A stretch of 63,569 bases of DNA, counting the filler, from Folioceros fuciformis (lineage: Eukaryota), in assembly GCA_049999805.1 (NCBI GenBank). It is 10 parts of 10 records of this genome, joined end to end, with 100 filler letters (N's around TTAATTAATTAA, not from the genome) between each part and the next. Parts side by side here need not be neighbours in the genome. Positions count along the whole stretch, not along the records: positions 1 to 6,180 come from JBNGIO010003367.1; positions 6,281 to 10,728 come from JBNGIO010003368.1; positions 10,829 to 15,219 come from JBNGIO010003369.1; 7 more parts are not named here. One strand, written 5' to 3'. This document shows positions 1 to 11,385 of the stretch, one piece after another. Each line of letters opens with the position of its first letter. Positions within the stretch are counted from its first letter, which is position 1. Both the position numbers and the translations under genes were made by a program. Under the pieces are notes generated by a model that was not told where the DNA came from, ran no database searches, and saw only the letters and a program-made list of their open reading frames with translations.

Positions 1-99
1 CTAGGAGGTCGGGGCTCGATGAAGAGGGGCCAGGAGCTTGAAGTGTTGGGCTATTTGGGGCAGTCCGTTCGCCGGAGGGAGGGTCTAGGCCATCATGGC

Positions 100-2318
100 G
101 GCTTTGTACTCCACAATCTCGCTTAGGACTCAGAGTACCTCGCTGTGGAAGAAAGCGTGGCTGTCATCCAATTGTTGAATGACATCCACCACCATTCTTC
201 GGAGGAACCTGTACTCTAGTTGCCACCTGGCTTCTAGCACGTCAGCATGCTAGGTTGCCGCCGCTGCTACGTACCGCCGGAGCTCCTTGGGAGCCATCGA
301 GGCAATCATAGGATTCCAGTAGCCGGAGGTTAGCGACTGCCTTCGTCTGCGCTTGGAGTAATGCCACCTCCCTATGTTTTCCCTGAGCCCTGTAGTTCAC
401 CAACTGCGCTTCCAAGCCCTCAATCTTGGCGCACAGGTCGTTAGTTTGCTTCACCCATAAAGGGATTCGGATCCAAAATCAAGTTCCTACGAGTGGGAAA
501 AACTCAAAAACTAAATGACTCTAGGAAAACGGCTATTGCAGGCCTTCTAGTGGAGAGAACAACCAGCTTGTTCTCTCCACCAGAAACAAGCCAATCAGTC
601 CCACTATGGACTCGTTTCGTCCGAGGAAGATCACCACCTGTGGCTTCGAACGGGAGCCTGGATGAAGCTTCTCGGATGCAAAAGTGCAGCGTTGGACCGG
701 TTGGTAGAGAGCGAGGAGTGGTGAGCAGAGAAAGGGTGGGTTATTTCTGGTAGGTGCGAGACGGAGTGGGAGATTGAAACGGAGGAGGTGCGGTGGAATG
801 GTGAGCGGAACAAGCTTTAGGCGGTGGAGTGAATCTTGTGGACTAGTGGAGATCCTACAACATAGCGCAAGAGAGTATTGTACTCTGATTCTAGATACTT
901 GATAGGGTCATTATATGTAGATTGCTGGGCTCGTTCCTTAAACACCATGGTCCTTCGACGTCTTCCAGGCATGGGCTCCCCTAAGGACTCCTGAGCGCAT
1001 TACCCCCCATCATGGTACCGGCCCTATCTTGGGGAGTGCTTGGAAGGGGCCGCGCGCGGACCTAAGAGTTCCTGTGTGTGGCTACGTGGAGTGGAGAGGA
1101 GGCACGAAAATGAGAGGAAGGTGATTAGAATGACGAGAGCAGGAGTTCGGCGAAAGAAAGAGGTGGAACTCGAGACCCGTTCTTGTTAAACCAGTTAACA
1201 TTTATACAAGGCCAAACCTCATGTCCAGACAACATTCATACCAGTAAAAAGAAACTAAGTCTTATTTGGGCGCAACTACCTAGGGAGTAGCGGGTGCCAG
1301 TTAGGACCTGTCACAGAGTCTTAACGGGAAGGCGACAGAGTGGGCAAGGTGGGGTCCAGGGAAGGAGCAGCACCCACAGATCCTTCGGGCGAGGTGGGTC
1401 CAGGAGAGGATTCCGCTCCACCAATGGGGATGGTCAGCTTTGCGGAACCAGTTTGGGGAGAGCAGACCACCTTCTGCAGATCCGGGTTTGGCGAGAGGGG
1501 TTGGGAGATCGGGACATTGGGTGACTCCGGGTGGTCTACTCGTCGAGGGCTGGGTTTGGTTCAGTCACGACGGCCGCGGTTTCCGCTGTCTTGTTTAGGA
1601 CCTGGAGTACCTCACTATGGAAAAAGGTGTGGCTATCGTCCTCCTGCTGGATAGCGTCCACCACCATCCTCCAGAGTATTCGATACTCTGGACACCACCT
1701 GGCTTTTGAAAGGTCTGTGTGTTGTGCCGTGGCAGTAGCTACATAGTGCCGAAGCTCTTCAAGAGTCACCGAAGTGGCTGTGGCAAATTCTCGCGGTCGG
1801 AGGTTGGTGACGGCTTTCGTCTATGCCCGGAGTAGGGTTACATCTCGATGCTCTTCCCGGGCTCCAAAGTGCACAAGTTGTAGCTCCAAGTCCTGAACTT
1901 TGATCCGCAAAGCATCGCACTTGTTTAGAAGTGCCTTTTATTCTCCATCCCATAGATCACCATGGGTCTTCATCCTCTCTTGCATCTAAGCTAGATTTGC
2001 CTTGAGGGTCTGGATTTCTTGTTGAGCTGTCTTCTCCTCGGCCTACACCGCTCGAAGTCTTCCTCTCATTTCTTCTTGCTGTTGTGACGACTTTTTCAAT
2101 TTTTGAACCCCTTCCTTCTTAGCCTCCAAGGCTCGGTTTTGTTCCTTTCGCTACCTGTCGTGATCCGCCGTATGTCATCTACAGGCTTCTTGGGTGTTTA
2201 GTTGTTGCTCCTCCATGCTTGCTGCTCCTCCAAATGAATGGCCTCCATCGCCACCTGAGCCCGAATGTTTTCTTCTTGCACCTCTCCCCATTGTCTCTCC
2301 AATTCGGTCGTCTGGTTA
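100..2318 (-). mobile_element. Degenerate retroelement-like repeat carrying two copies of an uncharacterised accessory ORF domain
   Basis: Minus-strand peptides ARWQLEYRFLRRMVVDVIQQLDDSHAFFHSEVL (~130-235) and ARWCPEYRILWRMVVDAIQQEDDSHTFFHSEVL (~1605-1705) are clear paralogues, both in frames broken by stops. 1316-1412 also matches 4450-4546 in inverted orientation. No RT or integrase motif seen, so the class is inferred. Confidence 0.45.
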
Positions 2319-2799
2319 NNNNNNNNNNNNNNNNNNNNNNNNNNNNNNNNNNNNNNNNNNNNNNNNNNNNNNNNNNNNNNNNNNNNNNNNNNNNNNNNNN
2401 NNNNNNNNNNNNNNNNNNGGCAACCCTGAATTCTTCGGAGTAGAAGGCATGCTAGACCTTCAAACGGCCACTGAGTGAACGGACTAACAACAAGGACAAT
2501 CCATTCAAGATCTGGTTATCATGCATGAAGGGAGGCGTAACCGTTCTCGGACGGTTGCAAGCGCACTAGAGCCACCTAGCGTAAGTTCTTACGATGGCGT
2601 ATGCTCGTCACTATGCCCCGACTCCCTCCTCTCCCTCCTACCACTCCATCTGAGACCCATTCCGAGGGTCTCGTGCCCCGTCATCTTCCCGTTCCCTCCA
2701 CTTTGTCTTTCTACTCACTTTCTCGTTCCTTGCTTCTCGTACCCGACAGCGATTTTGCTCTTTCAATGCATTGCTATTGGTGCCCTCCTTCTTCCTCCT

Positions 2800-5100
2800 T
2801 TTCCATCTCCCAGAGCCCCCCCCACCATGGCGCCATGACAGTTCCTTGAGACCGGCAACGCCTCGAAACTCAACGAGGAGTAAATACAGACGCGCTCCTA
2901 CCCCAACTTTGCACCTTGGATAGCAGTGATAGACGATCTCATGGAACAGTGGTAGATGGGGATTTTTCAGTTCCCTTGGGGCATCCACTCAACGGTGATT
3001 TTTCGGGAATTTGCCAGGACCATGTTGCGCTGCGCCTAGGGCAAGCTAGTATCCTCCAAAGTCAGGGATAACCCCACGCTGGCGGAGGAACGCAGAGAGC
3101 TCTCCCTCAATTCGTAGCGAAACAAGGAGCCAGTGAAGGAGGTAGTAGTAGCACTTCTGACAACAAACTCCACCAAGACCACCAACGGGTGGCTAATTCA
3201 TGATATTGCAGACTTGAGACTCAGGAGAGTGGCCCGTCTCATAGTCAACTCGCTACTGGTGACCAAGATTGTCCATGTAGCAGAGGACTTTTGCTATTCC
3301 TCTACGGACTGGCACAAGGGACCTCAATGGATTGGGGGTAGGTAGTTGTGCATTGGATACAATCCGATGTTAGAAAGCTTAGGCAAGAGAAGCCTCCTGC
3401 CTCAAGCCTCTCCCCTTTCTTGCTCCATATATGGGACCACTATAAGGTTCTTAGGGATTTAGAGAAAGCAGCACTTTCTCGATTGCCTCCTGCTCCGGCC
3501 TCCTCCTGTGCTGCCACGACACCGGCCCCCAAGAAGAAGACCACGGCGATGGCCACTCAGCCCAAGGCATTGCATTGGTACCCCTACTGGTTTCGGATAC
3601 TTCAGAGGACAATCGCGGAGTAGCACCGGAGTCGCCATCCATGGCCACAATACCCAACTCCCTGACCAGCTCGCCTCCGAAATGGAAAGTAGGAGCGCCA
3701 CCGGCCCAGGTACCTCTGCCCAAGTGGCGAAACATCAGGGCGATGTCCATAGCGGGCAATTGGATCACACTCCAAAGTGCCGCGCTACCTACTAGTTTGG
3801 AGCCGGAAGACTTCTTGGCTTTAATCCAAGGAAACGGACCCAGGAGGAGGCAAACCACATGGAACTAGTATGCTTGGCCGTACACCTAGACTACAACGAA
3901 TGGCATGGAATTAGGCTGCCAAGATTTTGACAACCTCCCTCACCTCATGGGAGGAAGAAGGGGCAAGGACCCCGCTCTCCTAGTTTGCCACCCACCGGAG
4001 TAATCCCGACTCCGTCTCCTAGACCAACTCACGAGGAGACCGACTACCGCAAGGCTCTATTGCGATCTATAGTTCTCAAGGACCTCATTGACGGAGGTGT
4101 TTTGGACCTGGAGGCCATGAGAAAAGCCATCAGGACATCCTTTGGGAGAACCAAGTTACCTCCTAAGTACCAGTTTTACATAGGAGCTATTGCAAAAGGA
4201 GCGGCGCAAGCACTAGGGTATTTTCACAAGCATGGCGGAGGGGCTAGCATGTTCCTTTGGGTAGGTCGCAGTACAGGAGGGTGAGAACATTGCCCTTTGG
4301 AGAAGGATGACTGAGTGAGCCACTAAGTTGTTCGCCCTAAAAGAACAGGCAGCCGAACATACAACTGAGCTTGAGGAGGAGTTCGGTAAGTATCGGGAGG
4401 AATGGGACAGGTGCCAGCGAGAGGAGCTAAGGGCCAATCGGCAAAGTAGAATCTCTGCCCGGGCCCACCTCACCCACAGGATCTATGCAGGCGGCGCCTT
4501 TCCCCGGACCCACTTCGTCCACACTGCTGCCTTCCTATTAAGGCTCGTTGCCAGTCACTAGCTGGTCCTTCGCAGATCCGGTCTGCCAACTACTTAGAAT
4601 AGGACTTAGAATCTTTTTTTTTATTTATGACCATTGCCCGGACCACGAGTCCAGGTTTGTAAAAATCCCCTATGTGATAATTGAAAGAGGCCTCAGAGCT
4701 CTCATTCCGTCTCCACTCCTGCACCTCGTGTTCTCCTTTAGCTCCCCGTGCTCCGCAGGTAGATTGTCCTCTTGGACTTTCTCCTCCCAGCGAGGTGTCC
4801 CCCCCCTGGCCATGTCGGGGTCAGATACATTAGGTCTCGGAGAATCCTAAAGCCCTTCCTTAAGAGCAAAGAAGATCAACAATGCTTAGGAGACGTGCTC
4901 GGCAACCCTGGTGACCCTTGGCTACAACGATTAGTCCTTTCGACGAATCACAGGCGGTAAGGACTTGGCACCCTAGGTCTAGCACCTCCGTCTCTAGTCC
5001 GTATCACTGCCCAACTTTCACCTCTTCCTCTCCTCACCTCCCGAGTAGCTGCATTCCACAAAGTTTAGGGTGGACGTTGTTCTCACCTGGGATCAGACAC
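2800..5100 (+). mobile_element. Degenerate retroelement-like copy with a fragmented accessory ORF
   Basis: Chain of broken + frames (3133-3345, 3348-3623 with SLSPFLLHIW, 3985-4284, coiled-coil 4328-4561). Shares ~97 bp of diverged sequence with the copy at 1316-1412. Confidence 0.4.
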
Positions 5101-5565
5101 ATTAGTCTCTCTCTCTCTCTTCCACTCCATACCAATGTTCACCACGATTTCTTTGTGCAAATACCTCCTGCATCTATCTGAAATACATCAAGAAACTCCA
5201 AATTAGACCGCAATTTCTTATTATTAATATGCTGATGTATAGATGGTTTCTTCAATTTCTGATTTTTGGTCATTTGTTTTGAATGGCTTCTACAAGCCTC
5301 AATTTCTTGATGTCTATCCATTCTTTGCTCCCGTTTCAAATTGTGGAGTCTTCTTTATTCTTGCAATTGCCTCTTCCAAAACTGTGGTATCAAAACTCGA
5401 TAATTATCAAGTGTCTCATCGGTCCATGGCAGTTTGGGAGTGGGTGGGGGAATGTGTGATTCACCCTGGTGCCTTGAAGGAAATTCAGCACACGAAAAAG
5501 GAGGTTCTCCACGACCACGTGACATTGCAAGATACAAAGGATTCAGACACCATCAAGATGCTTTG

Positions 5566-5723
5566 ATACCATGTGCAAATACCTCACGCATCTAGCTAAG
5601 CAAGCGAGCATACCATGTGCAAATACCTCGTGCATCTAGCTAAGCAAGCGAGCATACCATGTGCAAATACTTTGTGCATCTAGCTAAGCAAGCGAGCATA
5701 CCACGTGCAAATACCTCGTGCAT
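5566..5723. repeat. 44-bp tandem repeat, ~3.6 copies
   Basis: Unit ATACCATGTGCAAATACCTCGTGCATCTAGCTAAGCAAGCGAGC starts at 5566, 5610, 5654 and 5698. A 23-bp piece recurs at 5154-5176. Confidence 0.95.
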
Positions 5724-6180
5724 GTATGTGGACTCCACATGCTGAACAGACCCCTGGGAAATGATAGGTTTTCTTTTTTTTTGAGTGAGTGTTGTAGAAG
5801 AAAGGTTGGAAGGTTAGGTTAGAATAGTAGCTTAGAGTGAGGGTGAGTCGATAGGGTAGGTAGGTTGTGTGGTAGATAGGACACGGGCTCTGGTTCCTCG
5901 GGGTAAGGAATAGGAAACCTGGACGTCGTGGAAAGAGGGCTGGGGGTCCTCTGGCTGTTGCTGGTGGAAGTTGGGACAGAGATGGAGGTGTCGGGACGCT
6001 GCCCTAGTGCATCGGGTGGATAGGGATCACCAGAGCACAGGTGGCCAAATTAGCAGACCGGTGGGATTAGGGCGGTGGCCTAGATCTGGCCAGATTCAGA
6101 AGGCAGGAGCCAGGTTGCGGCCTCTGGGCAAGCGGCCAGCAGTAGGCTGCCAGGAGGGTGGGCTGGCAGATCTAGCCGGC

Positions 6181-6280
6181 NNNNNNNNNNNNNNNNNNNN
6201 NNNNNNNNNNNNNNNNNNNNNNNNTTAATTAATTAANNNNNNNNNNNNNNNNNNNNNNNNNNNNNNNNNNNNNNNNNNNN
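6181..6280. other. Artificial contig-joining linker N44-TTAATTAATTAA-N44 (also at 10729, 15220, 20691, 27382, 39302, 48694, 54325, 57212)
   Basis: Identical 100-nt structure nine times. TTAATTAATTAA places stops in all six frames. Confidence 0.98.
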
Positions 6281-6295
6281 TTTTGTGGAGCAACC

Positions 6296-9123
6296 ATGTT
6301 GGATCAGCTGCTCATCTTCACCCGGGGGGGCTTGGTGCTGTGGACATGCCGGGCATTCGGAAATGCTTTGAGAGGCACACCCATCGAGGCCCTCATCCGC
6401 ACCTGCTTGCTTGAGGAGCGGGCGGGTTCATCTGCGTTCCAGTATGATGCACCAGGACAGGCGGCAGCCTACACGCTGAAATGGACCTTCCACAACGAGC
6501 TTGGTCTGGTGTTTGTTGCAGTCTATCAACGATTTCTACAACTGCTCTACGTGGACGAGCTGTTGAGCAGGGTGAAGAAGGAATTCTGCGAGATCTACAA
6601 CCCCAAGCTTACCAGGTACGAGGGGTTTGATGAAACGTTCCGGCAGCTCCTCATGGAAGCGGAAGCCAGAGCGGAGGAGCTTCGGAGGCCCAAGCATATT
6701 GCAGAGGTCAAGCGGCAGGTCAATGGACCGCATGGCAAGGTTTTGAAAGGGTCGAGCAAGAAGGAAGCCGGCGGAGATGACGAGGAAGGAGATGCGGATG
6801 CCAAGGCTGCGAGCGTTACTAATACGGTGGGGAAGCCTAGTTCGCTTGTAAATGGCATGACTACTAACAAACCTGCCAGCAATGGCAATGTAACATCGAA
6901 TGGGAGTGGGAAAGCCCTTGGAAGAAGCGGCGGTAGCGATGAGGAAGTAGAGAAGCCGGCCACCGAGGTGGCCTTTAATGTAAACAAATTACAGAAACTG
7001 AGAGCCGCCGGGAAGGGGGGCAAGAAGGGCAGTGCAAATGCAACCAAGGCTGCGAAGGAGGAGCAGGGTAAAAAGATCAAGCAAAATAGGGTTTGGAACA
7101 ATGCGTCTGCTCCATCCAAGCTGGATTTCACGGACCAGTCCGGGGACCCGGAGGGATATGAGAAGATTGTTCCGCTGACTGATCAAGGTGCGAGTTTGAT
7201 GGACAAGGATGACTATGTGGCTGAGTCCGATGATGACAAAGAGAATGAGGGAGAGGACTCTGGTGCTAAAGGTGGCCCAGCAAAGAAGGGATGGTTTTCT
7301 TCCATTGTTCAGAGGTATGGGTTCTGCGTTACGGGGCAACTTATGTGCCAGTGGCTTAGATTGGTTCCGTCCTGGACCTTATAAGAATTAGCTTGGGCAC
7401 ATCGACGACAAGCTATCTATTGTCTGGGTGTCGTCAGGAGATCTGACGATGATTCATGGGAAAATGTTTGGGTTTGCAGTGTTGCCGGGAAGCCGTGCTT
7501 GGAATTGGCGGNNNNNNNNNNNNNNNNNNNNNNNNNNNNNNNNNNNNNNNNNNNNNNNNNNNNNNNNNNNNNNNNNNNNNNNNNNNNNNNNNNNNNNNNN
7601 NNNNNNNNNNNGGTGATGTTTGGCCCCCTCTTTCAATTTCTCTCTTTTGATCTAGCATAACGAATCTTCAGGCAGAGGAAATAGCTGAGAAGCTATGTGA
7701 TTCCGTGGCCGCTAGCCTCGTTGGGAAGAAGCTTGGAACCTTCTCTCGTGTGTCATCAACAGTCCAGGTTGGTTGTGTCTCCAGTATGTGAAGATTCATG
7801 GACCCCTTTCTGCCATTCTTAAAGGTATTAATATGTCTGGTGGATGCAGGCTGCGATGGAAGAGGCTTTGCTCCGCATTCTCACACCTAAGAGATCGGTG
7901 GACATACTTCGAAGTGTCCATGCTGCTAAAGACGAAGGACGGCCATATGTCATTGTTTTTGTTGGGGTCAACGGCGTTGGCAAGTCGACAAATCTCGCCA
8001 AGGTTTGAGGCATACGTGGTTCAGACTCAGGTTACACTTGGCAACGTAGGTTTGATGCTTGCTAAACTGGTAATGACGTGCCACGATGTTACTGCAGGTT
8101 GCTTACTGGCTTCTACAGCATGATGTGAGTGTGATGCTGGCAGCATGTGACACCTTCAGGTCAGGAGCTGTTGAGCAACTGCGAACACATGCCCGTCGCC
8201 TGCAGGTTAGTTACCTTATACTGGAGCGAAGGAAGACGTCCTTTTAGACTTGAATCGAAGAAAAATGGGCAAAGTTTCCTGCCTATGTTGTTTCGAGTTT
8301 CGGAGCGCCTCCCTAAAGCAGTTGATGTTCTGTGCTCTTTCAGATACCAATTTTCGAGAAAGGTTATGAGAAGGATCCAGCCGCCGTTGCAAAAGAAGCT
8401 ATCCATGAAGCCGTGCGGACAAAACAAAACGTTGTTCTTGTGGATACTGCGGGTCGCATGCAGGTAGAAAGTTGTATCTTAAGGTACTTGTGCTCACATG
8501 GAACACGACGTTTTCTAGCATGATATGAGTGTGTAACGGTCTTGCATTCTGACGCAGGATAATGAACCATTGATGCGGGCTTTGTCTAAACTCATCAATC
8601 TCAATGAACCAGACCTGGTTCTGTTTGTCGGGGAGGCACTGGTTGGAAATGATGCAGTGGATCAGCTCACTAAATTCAATCAGGTCAGGTGGCAGTTAGT
8701 GGTGACTTTAGTGAGACGCACTTGCGTTGTTGACGCCGTCTAACAGATTATATATGTGCAGAAACTGGCTGATCTGGCTACTAAGGCAAATCCTCGTTTG
8801 ATTGATGGTATACTGCTTACCAAATTCGACACTATAGACGACAAGGTTTGCACTTGACGGCTTTCACAGTGACCCTTGTTCTTGTCCCGCATATAGTTTA
8901 TTTGTAGATATGGGAGTGAGGTTCGGACGCCAGTTCTGCCCGTTGATGACAGTGTGTGGTTGTCTGTCTATTCGCCGGCTGACTTCCTTTTATTCAGGTG
9001 GGAGCAGCGTTGTCTATGGTGTATATCTCTGGAGCGCCGGTGATGTTTGTCGGATGCGGGCAGACTTACACGGATTTGAAGAAGCTGAATGCGAAGTCGA
9101 TCATCAAATCTTTGATTACGTAG
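6296..9123 (+). CDS. SRPRA: Signal recognition particle receptor alpha subunit (SRX domain + NG GTPase)
   Basis: Exons 6296-7314, 7480-(gap), 7672-7767, 7850-8002, 8098-8205, 8344-8463, 8558-8683, 8762-8845, 8998-9123, with GT-AG introns. N-terminus [16 protein letters not shown]; GTPase motifs [25 protein letters not shown] and GCGQ. Confidence 0.97.
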
Positions 9124-9601
9124 CTGGGCACTGCGGATTCTGCGTTGTGTGGTGTTTACCCTATACTATAGGTCTTGGAGTCTGTCATAATGTTGTGACT
9201 GGGATCTTGGAACTTTGTGAGTTTCTCACTAAGCATAGACGGTTTAATGTTATGACGATGGAGGGCCTGAACGTCCACCTCTTGGAGGAAAGACGTAAAA
9301 TCTTGGCACAGTGAGGACAGACTTACAATGTGACATTGAACCCAGAACAACTGCAGTAGTCTGTTTACGCTTAACAGGAATGCTAACCGTATAATATCAT
9401 TCACCTTCACCGTGAACCCTGCAACAAAAAAGGCAATAGAAAGAAAAGTTGCAGGTTACCTGCAACTCGCAAGCGCTGGCATGAGTTCTACAAGAGCATG
9501 GCCAACTTAATCTTCAGCCATCTTATCTATTCTACCTAAACCTTTGTAGAGCTAGGAAGAGTTACATGCCGTGTAGCTGGACCTGCAACAAGGAGAGGGA
9601 G

Positions 9602-10642
9602 TCAGGCTTTCCCGTTGCCCCATATAGGTTGGATATCCTCCTTAACCTTGATCAAAGGATCAACCTCCTCACTGTCCACAAGAGGGACATCCTTGGTCGA
9701 CAGCGGAAGTGGGACAGAAGACTCCACCAATTTCTGTTGGCTCTCTCGAACGTTAACATACGAGTAAATTCCCATGCCCAGCACAGCAACAACGATGCCG
9801 AAGATATTCCTCCAACTGAAAGGATTACTCAGCAGTATGTAACCAAATGCCAAGACCAAGCACGTCTTGAGGTGACCGAGCACCTGGTACGTTACCGGAG
9901 ATGTCTTGCCAATAACAAGAAAGGTGCTGAAGTTGACAGAAACTGAAATGAGGCATGAGAGCAAGATGACGAAGACAACCAGAGGGCTATAGTGAAAGGC
10001 AAACACGTTCTTCGATGTCAGCGCAGCATCCAGAAACGGGCCGGTCAAGAACAGAGTGGTGGTTTGATAAGGACAAGACTGGTACAGCAGTTGAGTAGAC
10101 GACACCTTGAATCTCTTCTGGATGGTATTGGTCATGATCTGTGCCACACAGGTGGTGAGGATGGCCAACACAGAAAGGATTAGCCCTAACAAGTTGAGCT
10201 GCAAGTCCGTGACGGTCGCAATGCCGACTCCCAGTAAGAGGACGAAGAGTGCCAGCTGCACATTTCGGCTAAAGCGCTTGTCGAGGAAAACAGTTTCCAG
10301 CAATACTGTGCAGGGAATGATGGCCAGCTTCGTCATCTGGTAAAATCCTACAGAGTTGAACCCCAAGCTGAGGTTGAGCAAGCCAATTGAGATGCCGTTG
10401 AGAATGCCGAACCCCATGACAGTCCGTGCGTCAAACGGCTTATGCTCAAATAACTTCACCGATCTGGCAATATGCAGGCCGCAGAAGGTGACCAACAAAT
10501 GCCAGCTCGTCAGCGTGGTGGCGAACTGAAAGTAGAGGCCACTGATCAAATACTTGTTGCAGATCACAATAGCCACCGACGATATGACGGACAAGGCGAG
10601 TGCGCCCGTCGTCCCGAGCTGTATCCCTGCAGTCTCCGTCAT
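9602..10642 (-). CDS. UXT: Golgi nucleotide-sugar transporter, UDP-xylose transporter (UXT)-like; single coding exon
   Basis: Uninterrupted multi-TM ORF from MTETAGIQLGTTGALALS. Contains VICNKYL, FATTLTSWHL, NSVGFYQMTKLAIIP and KTSPVTYQVLGHLKT, typical of the UXT clade of the NST/TPT family. Confidence 0.92.
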   Translation of the reverse strand: MTETAGIQLGTTGALALSVISSVAIVICNKYLISGLYFQFATTLTSWHLLVTFCGLHIARSVKLFEHKPFDARTVMGFGILNGISIGLLNLSLGFNSVGFYQMTKLAIIPCTVLLETVFLDKRFSRNVQLALFVLLLGVGIATVTDLQLNLLGLILSVLAILTTCVAQIMTNTIQKRFKVSSTQLLYQSCPYQTTTLFLTGPFLDAALTSKNVFAFHYSPLVVFVILLSCLISVSVNFSTFLVIGKTSPVTYQVLGHLKTCLVLAFGYILLSNPFSWRNIFGIVVAVLGMGIYSYVNVRESQQKLVESSVPLPLSTKDVPLVDSEEVDPLIKVKEDIQPIWGNGKA

Positions 10643-11140
10643 CCTGGCCGCGCGTGGCTGCACCAGCCACGCGAGCGGGAGGGTGATGGAAGCCGCAAGT
10701 ACTCCACAACACCACCGGCCGGCCGAAGNNNNNNNNNNNNNNNNNNNNNNNNNNNNNNNNNNNNNNNNNNNNTTAATTAATTAANNNNNNNNNNNNNNNN
10801 NNNNNNNNNNNNNNNNNNNNNNNNNNNNTGCTAGATGTAGCCCATTCATCATACAACAGATACTCTCTCTTTTCCAAAATGAAATCAATGACCACAACAT
10901 CTTTTCCTCAATTCATCACTGAACCTGTTGGCGCTGTTCTGGAGTCCGGCACTGTGGACTATCACATCTGCTGAACCTTGAGTCACAAGCCGGGATTTCC
11001 AAATGGGCAAGGAGCAAATATGAGGCTGGAGCAAATGTTCAAGTTCAAGTTGGTGGTAAACATAAGCATCTTCAATGTGACTTACAGACCTCTCGGATGA
11101 ATTGCAACTGTGGTCCATATTTTAAAATTAAAAGCAACAT

Positions 11141-11385
11141 CACGAAATAAATTCAGTCGCAGCACGAAATAAATTCAGTCGCAGCAGAAAGAGATTAATA
11201 AGAGATACATTCAGTCGTAGCAGAAAGAGATTAATAAGAGATACATTCAGTCGCAGCAGAAAGAGNNNNNNNNNNAGAGATACATTCAGTCGCAGCAGAA
11301 AGAGATTAATAAGAGATACATTTAGTCGCAGCAGAAAGAGATTAATAAGAGATAAACTCAGTCGGAGCAGAAAGAGATTAATAAC
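11141..11385. repeat. 36-bp tandem repeat (~6 copies) directly upstream of the LINE ORF1-like frame
   Basis: Unit TTCAGTCGCAGCAGAAAGAGATTAATAAGAGATACA at 11174, 11210, 11246 and onward. Contains a 10-N gap. Confidence 0.93.

Noticed and set aside
5566-5723. CRISPR-like look of the 44-, 36- and 79-bp arrays
   Set aside because: Head-to-tail units with no unique spacers, no cas genes, and a eukaryotic context.
6225-6236. Recurrent palindrome TTAATTAATTAA
   Set aside because: Always centred in a 100-nt N block, so it is an assembly linker and not biology. It also voids any gene-cluster reading across contigs.
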